Shown: positions 1 to 8,248 of the stretch, in pieces
Position numbering within the stretch: the stretch's first letter is position 1
How the letters are laid out: every line of letters starts with the position of its first letter
Origin: a virus
Taxonomy: Duplodnaviria; Heunggongvirae; Uroviricota; Caudoviricetes
Length of the DNA: 23,885 nt
Reading direction: 5' to 3' (one strand)
IMG/VR virus record: IMGVR_UViG_3300010262_000019
The notes under the pieces: generated by a model
What the model saw: the letters and a program-made list of their open reading frames with translations, nothing else
Database searches by the model: none
Told to the model about the DNA's origin: nothing
Program-made: the position numbers and the translations under genes

Positions 1-7
1 GACTAAA

Positions 8-214
8 ATGCCAAACGGTGCTGTGGATGCGTTAAAGGAAGAATTAACTCGACGCATCAGTAAGCGTTATGACGATGTAGAGGTGATCGTAAAAGCCACC
101 AGCAACGATGGCCTTTCTGTTACACGCACCGCAGATAAGGATTCTGCAAAAACTTTTGTTCAGGAGACTCTGAAAGATACCTGGGAATCTGCTGACGAGT
201 GGTTTGTTCACTAA
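8..214 (+). CDS. DinI-family (DNA-damage-inducible protein I-like) protein; 5' end probably lies upstream of the window
   Basis: 68-aa ORF whose C-terminal part (...[17 protein letters not shown]) resembles the conserved DinI C-terminus as I recall it (...ETWESADDWF...). The frame stays open back to position 2, so the true start is probably outside the window. Confidence 0.7.
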   Translation: MPNGAVDALKEELTRRISKRYDDVEVIVKATSNDGLSVTRTADKDSAKTFVQETLKDTWESADEWFVH

Positions 215-273
215 TTAACACGTAAAATCGGTAACGGCTGGAAATCATTCAATACTCGCACTATCGAAAGTTC

Positions 274-320
274 GCCAGCCAGCCGCAGCACGTTCTTGCA
301 TACGACGTGGCTGCGGCTTC
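274..320. terminator. GC-rich hairpin between the convergent DinI-like and invertase genes (candidate bidirectional terminator; no clear U-tract)
   Basis: Inverted repeat agccgcagcacg (281-292) / cgacgtggctgcggct (303-318) forming a stem of about 12 bp with one bulge, sitting between two convergent stop codons (214 and 358). Confidence 0.3.
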
Positions 321-357
321 CAACATTAGACAAATAACTCTTTAAATTGCTTTTAAA

Positions 358-921
358 TTATTTCGTTTGAATGCCAGTAACAGGAAATCGTTTATATAGG
401 GTTGATAGCCCAACGTTATAGATACGTGCAACATAACGCCGTGATTTCCCTGCCGCTATGAGCGCTCCCATCTGTTGCCACTGCTCGTCGCTAAACTTCG
501 GTCTACGCCCACCAATCCGGCCTTTGGATCTGGCAATAGCCAAACCAGCTAAAGTTCGCTCTCTATTCAAATCAGATTCATACTGCGCAGCAGAAAGAAT
601 ATTACGGAAATTATAGCGACCACTTGCTGTTTTCAGGTCTACACCATCTGTAATACTCCGAAAATTAACGCCTTTTTCGTGCAGATTTTGAAACATCAAT
701 AGCGCATGTAGCACATTTCTCCCTATCCGATCTAGCTTCCAGACAATCAACTCATCTCCACTTTTCATCACCGAAATTAATTCCTTTAACACAGGGCGAT
801 TAGCTGTTCTGCCACTGGCATATTCTTCATAAATTCGCTCACAGCCAGCTGACTCAAGTGCAAGACGTTGCAACTCTGTATCCTGATGATTTGTTGATAC
901 ACGAACATACCCGTAAATCAT
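358..921 (-). CDS. pin: Serine recombinase, site-specific DNA invertase of the Pin/Gin/Cin/Hin family
   Basis: 187-aa ORF with N-terminal MIYGYVRVSTNHQDTELQ (catalytic-serine resolvase/invertase motif) and a C-terminal helix-turn-helix region (GKSRRYVARIYNVGLSTLYKRF). It lies immediately beside a tail-fibre invertible segment, as gin does in Mu and pin in e14. Confidence 0.9.
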   Translation of the reverse strand: MIYGYVRVSTNHQDTELQRLALESAGCERIYEEYASGRTANRPVLKELISVMKSGDELIVWKLDRIGRNVLHALLMFQNLHEKGVNFRSITDGVDLKTASGRYNFRNILSAAQYESDLNRERTLAGLAIARSKGRIGGRRPKFSDEQWQQMGALIAAGKSRRYVARIYNVGLSTLYKRFPVTGIQTK

Positions 922-926
922 GAGTG

Positions 927-953
927 CTTCTCCTGTTGTAAAAACAGGAGAAG
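927..953 (-). promoter_or_regulatory. Perfect 11-bp inverted repeat overlapping the invertase Shine-Dalgarno sequence (candidate RBS-sequestering hairpin or operator)
   Basis: cttctcctgtt (927-937) and aacaggagaag (943-953) are exact reverse complements with a 5-nt spacer. On the minus-strand mRNA the GGAG of the invertase RBS lies inside one arm, a few nt upstream of the ATG at 921. Confidence 0.4.
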
Positions 954-980
954 AGGCGAAATATCACCTGATTCAGAAAA

Positions 981-1006
981 ATATTTGAAAGGTTGGTTTG
1001 GGAGAA
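981..1006. repeat. Left crossover site of the invertible segment (gix/hix-like 26-bp site)
   Basis: atatttgaaaggTTggtttgggagaa; positions 993-1007 are the exact reverse complement of 2854-2868 (15 bp). The site has the half-site/2-bp-core layout typical of Gin/Hin-family recombination sites. Confidence 0.6.
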
Positions 1007-1489
1007 GGCTCTGCATTACCGGTTGGGGTGCCTGTTCCGTGGCCTTCAGCCACTCCGCCAACAGGCTGGTTGAAATGCAATGGTGCGGCTTTTTCTGCTG
1101 AAGAATACCCGGAACTGGCAAAGGCTTACCCGACCAATAAATTGCCTGATTTACGTGGTGAGTTTATTCGTGGCTGGGATGATGGACGTGGAGTGGATAG
1201 TGGGCGAACGCTGCTTTCAGCGCAAGGAGATGCTATTCGAAACATTACTGGCGGTTTTGGTCAGTTGCGCGTAAACAGCGAAATTAATGCAATTGTCGAT
1301 GTTCAAGCTGTAAGTGGGGCTTTTTACGGAGGTACCTAAGTCCGGAATAACATCAATGTATCTATGACATACGCTAATGACCGAAAAATCCGACAAGATG
1401 TTCACTTCTCGGCGGCAAATGTTGTTCCAACAGCAAATGAAAATCGTCCACGTAACATCGCCTTTAATTATATTGTGAGGGCCGCATGA
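987..1489 (+). pseudogene. Promoterless alternative tail-fibre C-terminal cassette (silent orientation), interrupted by an in-frame TAA at 1337-1339
   Basis: The frame opens right after a stop at 986-988 with no ATG, and the crossover site lies at its 5' end, so it can only be expressed after inversion fuses it to the constant fibre N-terminus. It encodes ...PVGVPVPWPSATPPTGWLKCNGAAFSAEEYPELAKAYP..., a motif typical of fibre C-terminal domains. After the TAA the same frame stays open for 49 codons and ends ...RPRNIAFNYIVRAA, which resembles the C-terminus of the expressed fibre (...[12 protein letters not shown]). Confidence 0.5.
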
Positions 1490-2091
1490 TGAATAAAGCT
1501 GTATTAAATAGTGAACTCATTGCCATAAAAGCGGGAGACATTATCATTTATAATTATGATGGTGAAACGCGTGAATATATTTCTACATCAACTGAATATC
1601 TCGCTGTCGGCGTCGGTATCCCGGCATGTTCTTGTTTGGATGCACCAGGTACACATAAAGCTGGTTATGCAATCTGTCGCTCTGTAGATTTAAATTCATG
1701 GGAATATGTGCCAGATCATCGCGGTGAAATCGTCTATAGCACCGAAACAGGAGAATCGAAAGAAATCACAGCTCCGGGTGATTATCCTGAAAATACAACC
1801 ACTATCGCCCCGTTAACGTCATACGATGAATGGAATGGTGAGAAATGGGTGACAGATACCGAGGCACAGCACGGCGCAGCAGTAGATGCAGCAGAAGCAC
1901 AGCGCCAGTCACTGATTGATGCAGCAATGGCTTCCATTAGTCTGATTCAGCTGAAATTACAGGCCGGACGGAAGTTGACGCAGGCAGAAACAACCCGACT
2001 TAACGCCGTGCTGGATTACACTGACGCGGTGACGGCAACAGATACCAGCACCGCGCCGGATGTCATCTGGCCTGAACTGCCGGAGGCGTAG
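1486..2091 (+). CDS. Tail-fibre assembly protein (chaperone), alternative copy inside the invertible segment
   Basis: 201-aa ORF whose ATG overlaps the stop of the silent fibre cassette (ATGA). Its C-terminal ...TSTAPDVIWPELPEA matches the conserved C-terminus of tail-fibre assembly proteins; the N-terminal half is AT-rich. Confidence 0.75.
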   Translation: MMNKAVLNSELIAIKAGDIIIYNYDGETREYISTSTEYLAVGVGIPACSCLDAPGTHKAGYAICRSVDLNSWEYVPDHRGEIVYSTETGESKEITAPGDYPENTTTIAPLTSYDEWNGEKWVTDTEAQHGAAVDAAEAQRQSLIDAAMASISLIQLKLQAGRKLTQAETTRLNAVLDYTDAVTATDTSTAPDVIWPELPEA

Positions 2092-2506
2092 GCCATTCAA
2101 TATCTGGCGCACTGGAAGTATCGACCAGTTCCAGTGCGTCCAGATAATCCAGCCACAGATTATATTGCGCCAGTTCCTCGCCTTTCAGACGACCAATAGC
2201 GGCTTTACCGGGCCACTGCTTGTTATTCATGAATTCGTTTGCGGCATCAATACGGCGTTGTTTTTCTCGTTCAGCCTCAGCAATAATCTCTGCATGGGTT
2301 GGTGGTGGAATATCTCCCCACCTCGGCATCCCGTCACTCCCGGCAATACGAATTTTGCCATCAGGCGGATTCCCTATAAAAGTAACGGCCACATCAGCAT
2401 CAACCTCCCTGGCATCATCCGGGAATGTGCCAGCCTTTTTGTACTGTTCTTCCAGCACTGCGGGAAAAAACGCGTTTTCAGACGCACTGTAGTAATAATG
2501 AGTCAT
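2063..2506 (-). CDS. Tail-fibre assembly protein (chaperone) for the currently expressed fibre
   Basis: 147-aa ORF directly downstream of the fibre gene on the minus strand (4-nt gap). Its C-terminal ...TSSAPDIEWPTPPAVQAR is homologous to the other chaperone copy. Confidence 0.75.
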   Translation of the reverse strand: MTHYYYSASENAFFPAVLEEQYKKAGTFPDDAREVDADVAVTFIGNPPDGKIRIAGSDGMPRWGDIPPPTHAEIIAEAEREKQRRIDAANEFMNNKQWPGKAAIGRLKGEELAQYNLWLDYLDALELVDTSSAPDIEWPTPPAVQAR

Positions 2507-2509
2507 TAT

Positions 2510-3157
2510 TTATCTTCCGATCGCTAAATAGCCGAAAGCAGCTGTCGTTACTGGCGTTACGCCGCTAAAACCCAGCACTCGTGTCCCTGTTCTGGACCGA
2601 CGTAATGAGTCCTCCTGAACAGTGCCAATGAAAGCCGTTGATGCTGAACTACGTGGCATTGCTATAAAAATCATGCACTGTGATGGAAACGGTATGGGAA
2701 AGGTAATATCTGTGTTTGAAGCTCCAATCGCCCCCATCTGGATAATTGTCCCGTCTGGAAACCTGATCCAGATTGCATCCGTTGAGATTCCCTTTGTCCA
2801 CGAACTCATATCAGGGATCTGATTTGCACCTATGCCAACATCCCTTTTTGCCGCTTCTCCCAAACCAAGGTTTTCGAGAGCCGTTTTCACCGTGCCATCC
2901 GATTTGATATCACCAAACGGATTCTTGCGGCTTAACAGCAGCGCACGAAGCGCGGTAAGCAGCTGGTCGTGCCGCGCCTTCTCCAGACTGGCACCGGATG
3001 CCTCCACCACGCTGCAAAGCTCCTCCTGCAACATGTCAAAGTAGTCATCATCCAGATCGGTGGCAGGCGTGCCGGTCTGGGGGTTACCACGGGTAAAACC
3101 GTTCTTACCCGCGCCGAACTTATCCTTCTGCGCGGTTTTCGTGTCTATACGATGCAT
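2510..3157 (-). CDS. Short tail-fibre protein: constant N-terminal part (about 97 aa, outside the invertible segment) fused to a variable C-terminal part (inside it)
   Basis: 215-aa ORF with GGAG about 8 nt upstream of the ATG at 3157. The crossover site falls in the codons for ...ALENLGLGE..., and the C-terminal end ...[12 protein letters not shown] is fibre-like. Position matches the last structural gene of a Mu-like tail cluster. Confidence 0.7.
   Translation of the reverse strand: MHRIDTKTAQKDKFGAGKNGFTRGNPQTGTPATDLDDDYFDMLQEELCSVVEASGASLEKARHDQLLTALRALLLSRKNPFGDIKSDGTVKTALENLGLGEAAKRDVGIGANQIPDMSSWTKGISTDAIWIRFPDGTIIQMGAIGASNTDITFPIPFPSQCMIFIAMPRSSASTAFIGTVQEDSLRRSRTGTRVLGFSGVTPVTTAAFGYLAIGR
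2855..2880. repeat. Right crossover site of the invertible segment, located inside the fibre gene
   Basis: ttctcccaaaccAAggttttcgagag: an imperfect palindrome (9 of 12 half-site positions) with a 2-bp core, whose left half is the inverted copy of 995-1006. Confidence 0.6.
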
Positions 3158-3160
3158 GAA

Positions 3161-3745
3161 TTACTCCGGATATTTAAAAATTACGTAGGTATGCGACGGG
3201 CAGAGTTTGTTAAGCACACACTCGACAACGGTGTCCCCCCAGATACGCAGTGCGGAATCACAGGGATCGCCACATGTCATCCAGGTGGTGTTGGTGGCGG
3301 CTGGCATGTTGACCTGCCAGTAATACCGCCATTCCGGCGCATTCACCGCGTCAGTACAGGCCGATGAGCAGGTGAACGTGCTTTTGTCGTATCGCGTGAT
3401 GGTGGCATCTGGTCTGCCCAGGGCAGCAAGCTGTGCAAGATAAAAATCCTCGTTGATGCCGCCCGCCAGGTTAACCTTCGCATCCAGCCGTTGCTGACGC
3501 TGGCGAAGGGTCTGTGTCCCTGCGGGAATACATTCATCCGGCAGACCGCACAGACGCTCCCAGCGGTTTATCAGTTCAGTGGTGGTGCGCGGATCCAGCT
3601 CCCGCATCAGGGCATCCGCACGCTGATGAACGCGGGTTAATGACGGTGCCGCACCGGCAATCGCCGGATCGCTGGCTGACCACGCCGGACCGGGGGGCAA
3701 CAGTGCCGACAACAGACGGATGTAATCATCGTTTGTCACGTCCAT
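3161..3745 (-). CDS. Mu gp48-like / YmfQ-like tail protein (DUF2313-type)
   Basis: 194-aa ORF just upstream of the fibre gene on the minus strand; length, position and sequence are consistent with the e14 YmfQ / Mu gp48 family. Confidence 0.6.
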   Translation of the reverse strand: MDVTNDDYIRLLSALLPPGPAWSASDPAIAGAAPSLTRVHQRADALMRELDPRTTTELINRWERLCGLPDECIPAGTQTLRQRQQRLDAKVNLAGGINEDFYLAQLAALGRPDATITRYDKSTFTCSSACTDAVNAPEWRYYWQVNMPAATNTTWMTCGDPCDSALRIWGDTVVECVLNKLCPSHTYVIFKYPE

Positions 3746-4794
3746 GAAATCGTCCCCAGAACCGCCAGTTCATTTTTCGCAATGGAGATATTGTCTGCCG
3801 GTGCAAGCAACTGATGGCTATATTCCCCGTTCGCACCGGAAATCGCTTCACTGATACGCGATACCTTCAGTTCTCCCTGCGGATAACCATCACGCAGAAG
3901 AAACGAACGCAACTCCGCGGTGATGGCGGCTCGTATTTCTGGTGTGTCCGGCGTCACGCGGATATGAAAATCCACCGTATGTGCCACCGGCCTGAATACA
4001 TACAAATCAGAGCCTGCCACCGGGGCCAGTGGCACGATATGTTGTCTTGCTGCCGTTTCCGTTGATTCTTCCGGAATGGGATTAATCAGGTCACTGCTGG
4101 CAATCATCACACCGACAGTTCCCGTTCCCATCCAGTGACGGTATGTCCATGCGCGGGTAATGCCGGGCACTTCTTTAGCCCAGACGACATAGTCCCCGTC
4201 AGCCCCGCCCTGAGGCGTCCAGTAATACCGCTCAATGACGCGGGCGCGCCACGTTTCCAGCTCTTCAGTATCAAATCCGCCTGTAAGGGTGTCAGCCACA
4301 CCGGAAGACGGCAGACCATTCACCGGCGTGACCAGGATTAATGCCGTACCGTCGTCAGCGTTACCGACCGCACCTGCACTTGAGCAGGCGATCGGCACGC
4401 GCAGGACACCACCGGAGCTGGTTGCATCGGCAGTTGCCGTGTACTGAACCAGGTCATCGCGCTGAATAACACTCCCGGCGGTCACCTTCAGGCCATCGCT
4501 GACACCTTCCCAGCGCATATACCCGCTGGCAGCCGTGGCCCCCTTGCGCGGACACCGTTTCATCGCAGCATGTCGCGCCAGCCAGGACTCATCGCACAGG
4601 TCAGGCAGCATGTTCATTGCCAGATAATCGATGTAACCGTAAACCGTATGCAGCGCCGCCGCATACACCTTTGCCCGCACGTCTTCATCCATGCGCCGGA
4701 GCGTGTCGCTGACGTCCAGCCTGGCGAATAAATCGTTACGGAGCATACTGATATTTTCTGCCAGCGTCGGGCGCTGAAATTCACTGTCCGCCAT
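3736..4794 (-). CDS. Baseplate J-like protein (Mu gp47 family)
   Basis: 352-aa ORF in the baseplate cluster between the gp46-like and gp48-like genes; size and position typical of baseplate J/gp47 proteins. Confidence 0.7.
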   Translation of the reverse strand: MADSEFQRPTLAENISMLRNDLFARLDVSDTLRRMDEDVRAKVYAAALHTVYGYIDYLAMNMLPDLCDESWLARHAAMKRCPRKGATAASGYMRWEGVSDGLKVTAGSVIQRDDLVQYTATADATSSGGVLRVPIACSSAGAVGNADDGTALILVTPVNGLPSSGVADTLTGGFDTEELETWRARVIERYYWTPQGGADGDYVVWAKEVPGITRAWTYRHWMGTGTVGVMIASSDLINPIPEESTETAARQHIVPLAPVAGSDLYVFRPVAHTVDFHIRVTPDTPEIRAAITAELRSFLLRDGYPQGELKVSRISEAISGANGEYSHQLLAPADNISIAKNELAVLGTISWT

Positions 4795-5209
4795 GCGTTA
4801 TCGCACTCCACAGATCATCAAAAGAAATCATTACCGGTCCGTCACGACGCCAGAGAATGATACTGTTACCCAGTTCATTAATCCCGGTGCGGCGGATATC
4901 CAGATCAATACGGGACACCACGCCGTCATCAATCATCCATTGCAGGCATTCGCGGATATACCCCCTTACCGTCTGCACCAGCTGATTGGTCAGTTTGCTG
5001 CGCTGAAGCAGCCACAGTCGGGAGCCGTAACGGTCATTCTGTACCGCAGGCCAGGTATCCCCCCACCATCCCATCGGGACGTCGGCGTTGTCATCAGGCT
5101 CCGCCCGCCGCCAGGTAAACAGGGAAATCACCACGGCGCGGGTCAGCGGATCCAGTTGTGCGCTGGCGCAGGTGCGTTTACCGTTCACCGTCAGCCACAG
5201 TTCCATCAT
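4781..5209 (-). CDS. Mu gp46-like baseplate protein
   Basis: 142-aa ORF whose ends overlap both neighbours (translational coupling); conserved position between the V-like and J-like genes. Confidence 0.6.
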   Translation of the reverse strand: MMELWLTVNGKRTCASAQLDPLTRAVVISLFTWRRAEPDDNADVPMGWWGDTWPAVQNDRYGSRLWLLQRSKLTNQLVQTVRGYIRECLQWMIDDGVVSRIDLDIRRTGINELGNSIILWRRDGPVMISFDDLWSAITHGGQ

Positions 5210-5754
5210 GCCTCCATCGCTTTATCAGGTTTGTCGGTGTTACTGCCCTGACCGTTCTCTCTGTGACGATGCCCGTTATAGGCAAGCCGCATCGCTGACA
5301 TGGTGGTGCCGGTGGAGTCGCACAGGTCTTTCACCTGTCCGGTCACTTCCAGGTCCATTTCAAAACGTGCCTTAGGCGCATTGCGAAACGTGATCGTTTT
5401 ACCTGCACCGTCCACCACGATCCCCTCCCGGGCCAGCGTCACGGACTGCCCCTGATCGTCATAGACAGCCACCTCACCCGTCTGCAGCCCTTTCAGGCGG
5501 TAGCGCCGGTCCGACACCGTAACAACCACCGCATGAGAACGGTCGCCATCCGGAAACAACACCACCGCTTCCGCACCGCTGTTTGCCCTTGCGGTAAAAC
5601 CGTAGGGTTCAAGATGTTCAACCCCGGCTTTGGGTTCACCGGCAATCAGGGACACATCCACGGTCTGACATTTCGTGGCGGCACTGATGCTTTTCACCAC
5701 TGCCCGCCCAATCAGGCCGAGGAGTTGTCGCTGCATGGCTTCAATCGTCCTCAT
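5206..5754 (-). CDS. Baseplate assembly protein V-like (Mu gp45 family, spike)
   Basis: 182-aa ORF following the hub gene in the baseplate cluster; size and gene order fit gpV/gp45. Confidence 0.6.
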   Translation of the reverse strand: MRTIEAMQRQLLGLIGRAVVKSISAATKCQTVDVSLIAGEPKAGVEHLEPYGFTARANSGAEAVVLFPDGDRSHAVVVTVSDRRYRLKGLQTGEVAVYDDQGQSVTLAREGIVVDGAGKTITFRNAPKARFEMDLEVTGQVKDLCDSTGTTMSAMRLAYNGHRHRENGQGSNTDKPDKAMEA

Positions 5755-6833
5755 CAGAACGGGTCCTCCTGTACTCTGGCTTTTTTCTTTTTCCGCGCGC
5801 CGGGGGCTTCGGGTTCAGGCAGATAAGCATCAGGTGGGCCGACACGGATTTCCGTCATGGTGCCGTTCTGGTCCTGAGTGAACGTGACTTCCGAGACAAG
5901 CAGTTCGGTATTGTCGAAACCACAGACCGGATCGAAGACAATCACCCGCTGGTTGGGCTGCCACAGCGTACCGTTACCCTGTCGCCAGCCCTGCACCACA
6001 TAGGTGGTTTCATCCGTCCGCGCCGCCCGTTGTCGGGCTTCAAAGTCCGCACGGGCAATACAGCCTGCCCCCGTAGCCTGCCCTGTCTGCCTGATATACA
6101 TCGGACGGTAACGGGCAATAAATGCGTCCTCTGTGCGGGCCCGCAGCGCGGTGGTGGTGGCCTCACCGAAATCATCGTCGTTTCCGGCACGCTGCCCCGC
6201 CACCTGGTAAACAGAAAACCGCTCCCGGATACTCTTCTCCGTATCGCAGGAAAGGATGTTTTCCCCGAGTACCAGCGCAGTATGTGCCCGCGTTGAGCCA
6301 ATACCGCCAATCACCAGCCTGCCGTGCGGGTCGTCGTAAGCCAGTGCCTGCTGCTGACCGAGTATTTTGTTGATTACCTCAATCACCGTTTCACCGTGAT
6401 CAGGCTGGACATCAGGAATAACACCCGACGGCGCACCGCTGTTCACCACCTCAATGCCGAAAGGCGCAGCAAGCGCCTGCGCAATCTGTACCAGCGTTCG
6501 TCCGTTAAACTGTGTCGGTTCGGCTGCACAGTCAATCAGGTCAGCGGTCAGACTGCGTCCGGCAATACCGGTGCTGACCGAACGGGCATCGTAACGAACG
6601 GGCGTCGCCTCCACCCAGCCGGTGATCACCAGCTCATCACCAATCAGCACTTCCACTTTTGAACCGTTTTTAATGCGCGGCTGAAGCGTGGTGATACCCT
6701 CATCTCCCGGCCACTGGCGGGTGATCTCCACACTGAAATCCCGCGCCAGCCGTTCAATACCGGCACCGATGCGCACCGATGTCCAGCCATTCCACTCCCG
6801 GCCATTTACCCGTAGCGTGACATTGTCGTTCAT
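5754..6833 (-). CDS. Mu gp44-like baseplate hub / late-control gene D-like tail protein
   Basis: 359-aa ORF between the DNA-circulation and V-like genes; gene order matches Mu gpP / P2 gpD family. Confidence 0.6.
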   Translation of the reverse strand: MNDNVTLRVNGREWNGWTSVRIGAGIERLARDFSVEITRQWPGDEGITTLQPRIKNGSKVEVLIGDELVITGWVEATPVRYDARSVSTGIAGRSLTADLIDCAAEPTQFNGRTLVQIAQALAAPFGIEVVNSGAPSGVIPDVQPDHGETVIEVINKILGQQQALAYDDPHGRLVIGGIGSTRAHTALVLGENILSCDTEKSIRERFSVYQVAGQRAGNDDDFGEATTTALRARTEDAFIARYRPMYIRQTGQATGAGCIARADFEARQRAARTDETTYVVQGWRQGNGTLWQPNQRVIVFDPVCGFDNTELLVSEVTFTQDQNGTMTEIRVGPPDAYLPEPEAPGARKKKKARVQEDPF

Positions 6834-8158
6834 TGCACTGGCACCTTCAGAGGGATCACCGGCACAAAGCCGGGATGCGTAATGGCATTACGCCGGATAA
6901 TGTCCGCGTCACGCGCCGCGTTATCAAACCAGGTCGCCGCCAGCACCAGCGCGGGTAAAACTTCATCCGGCGTGCGCTGAATGATCCGAGCAGACTGTTC
7001 AAGGCGCGTGTTGATATCCGCATTCAGATCTGCTTTCACCCGGCGCAGCGCCAGAAACAGCGCATCACTGGTTGTACGGGACAACTCCTTATCAATTGCC
7101 GTATTCAGTGTGTCGCGAATGTCAGTCAGTTCTTCCCACGTCGGCAGGTCAACCGTGTTTTTCACCGCCGGTGCATTGTTCAGTGCCGGATGCGTGACGG
7201 AAGGCCAGCCAGTGCTCTGCGCGGGTGTTGTTGCCTGCCCCACTGCGGAATTCTGCATCACCGCGGAAGTTGTTGGCGCAGGCAATCGGGTGACGGCATA
7301 CGCCGCTTCGCTGATTGCGGTCGTACGAAGGGTGCTGGCAACCACGTTACGCTGCTGCGTCGCCGTGGCGGTGGTTTTACTATCCGTTTTCCAGACGCCG
7401 CGCGGTTGCAGATCGCTGCCGAGGCTGACACCGGAAAGCGTTTTGATCATGGTGACCAGGTCACTGGCGTTACCATAAAGGCGTTTCCCGGTACGCCACA
7501 TTTTCTGCACCTGCTCAACGAAATTTTTGCCTGACGATGGCGGCGGCAGAAGTACCGAGATATCCCCCTGCAACAGCCTGGCGGCATCCGATACGGCAGA
7601 ATCCACCACTTTCATCGCATCAGAAACATACCCCAGCATTATGCTGGCATTACCGATAACGTCGTTCTGCACGAAATCCGCCACACCATCGATACTGAAA
7701 CCGCTGAAGCTGTCACTGATGCAGTCATCCAGTGCAGAACAGGATGACATCAGCGTCTGCGCCGTCGCCGCACCTGATGTGGGGTAAGAGAGTTCTCCTG
7801 CTTCGACAAACTTCAGGTCAAAGCGGACAATACGCCCTTCACTTTTCGATGTGCTGACCCGAACTTCCCCGTCAACACAGACTTTCAGCTCACCATATGT
7901 CGGGTGGACAAGCGTGCCGGGACCGGGTTTATTCAGCGCTTCAATCAGGCGATCGCGCTGGTCAAAGCAGTCATCTCCCACCACATAAGCTGTGATGGAC
8001 GGGCGGAAAGTGACTTTTCCCAGATCTTCGGTATAGGGCTTGTCGCGGTTCGGATATTCGTGTGTTTCCACACGGCGACCGGTTCCCGCACTTTCTTCTT
8101 CAACCTTAAACGGTACGCCGCGAAATGACGCATCCTGAAGCCTGTCTTTCCACGTCAT
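6830..8158 (-). CDS. DNA circulation protein (Mu gp43 / N family) tail protein
   Basis: 442-aa ORF with N-terminal MTWKDRLQDASFRGVPFKVEEESAGTGRRVETHEYPNRDKPYTEDLG..., typical of the Mu N DNA-circulation family; GGAG 6 nt upstream of the ATG. Confidence 0.7.
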   Translation of the reverse strand: MTWKDRLQDASFRGVPFKVEEESAGTGRRVETHEYPNRDKPYTEDLGKVTFRPSITAYVVGDDCFDQRDRLIEALNKPGPGTLVHPTYGELKVCVDGEVRVSTSKSEGRIVRFDLKFVEAGELSYPTSGAATAQTLMSSCSALDDCISDSFSGFSIDGVADFVQNDVIGNASIMLGYVSDAMKVVDSAVSDAARLLQGDISVLLPPPSSGKNFVEQVQKMWRTGKRLYGNASDLVTMIKTLSGVSLGSDLQPRGVWKTDSKTTATATQQRNVVASTLRTTAISEAAYAVTRLPAPTTSAVMQNSAVGQATTPAQSTGWPSVTHPALNNAPAVKNTVDLPTWEELTDIRDTLNTAIDKELSRTTSDALFLALRRVKADLNADINTRLEQSARIIQRTPDEVLPALVLAATWFDNAARDADIIRRNAITHPGFVPVIPLKVPVQ

Positions 8159-8173
8159 ATAAACTCCGGATAT

Positions 8174-8229
8174 AAAAAACCCGCCAAATCTGCTTTGTCA
8201 GTTATTTACATCGCAGAAGATGTGGCGGG
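8174..8229 (-). terminator. Rho-independent terminator downstream of the moron gene
   Basis: On the minus-strand RNA: cccgccacaucuucugcg ... agauuuggcggg followed by UUUUUU (plus-strand A-run at 8174-8179). The GC-rich stem plus U-tract sits between the moron stop (8249) and the RBS of the DNA-circulation gene. Confidence 0.6.
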
Positions 8230-8248
8230 AACCTAATATTTTTAATTA

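Larger units (their letters stand above)
993..2868. other. Invertible tail-fibre host-range segment (G-segment/P-segment-like), about 1.9 kb, bounded by inverted crossover sites
   Basis: Bounded by 15-bp inverted identity (993-1007 vs 2854-2868). It contains two oppositely oriented sets of a fibre C-terminal coding region plus a tail-fibre assembly gene, with the invertase gene adjacent outside the segment. Confidence 0.65.

Noticed and set aside
1080-1405. Plus-strand 64-aa ORF (1080-1274) and minus-strand 62-aa ORF (1217-1405)
   Set aside because: Both overlap the alternative fibre cassette in other frames with no signals; the fibre-like motifs are in the 987-1489 frame only.
2060-2527. 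155-aa plus-strand ORF and the nested 2220-2492 ORF
   Set aside because: Both are antisense to the tail-fibre assembly gene at 2063-2506, with no start signals and low-complexity translations; shadow ORFs.
3514-3747. Short plus-strand ORFs within the baseplate region (for example 3514-3747, 4135-4341, 5533-5826)
   Set aside because: Antisense to coupled baseplate genes, Pro/Arg-rich translations typical of GC-rich shadow frames, no start signals.
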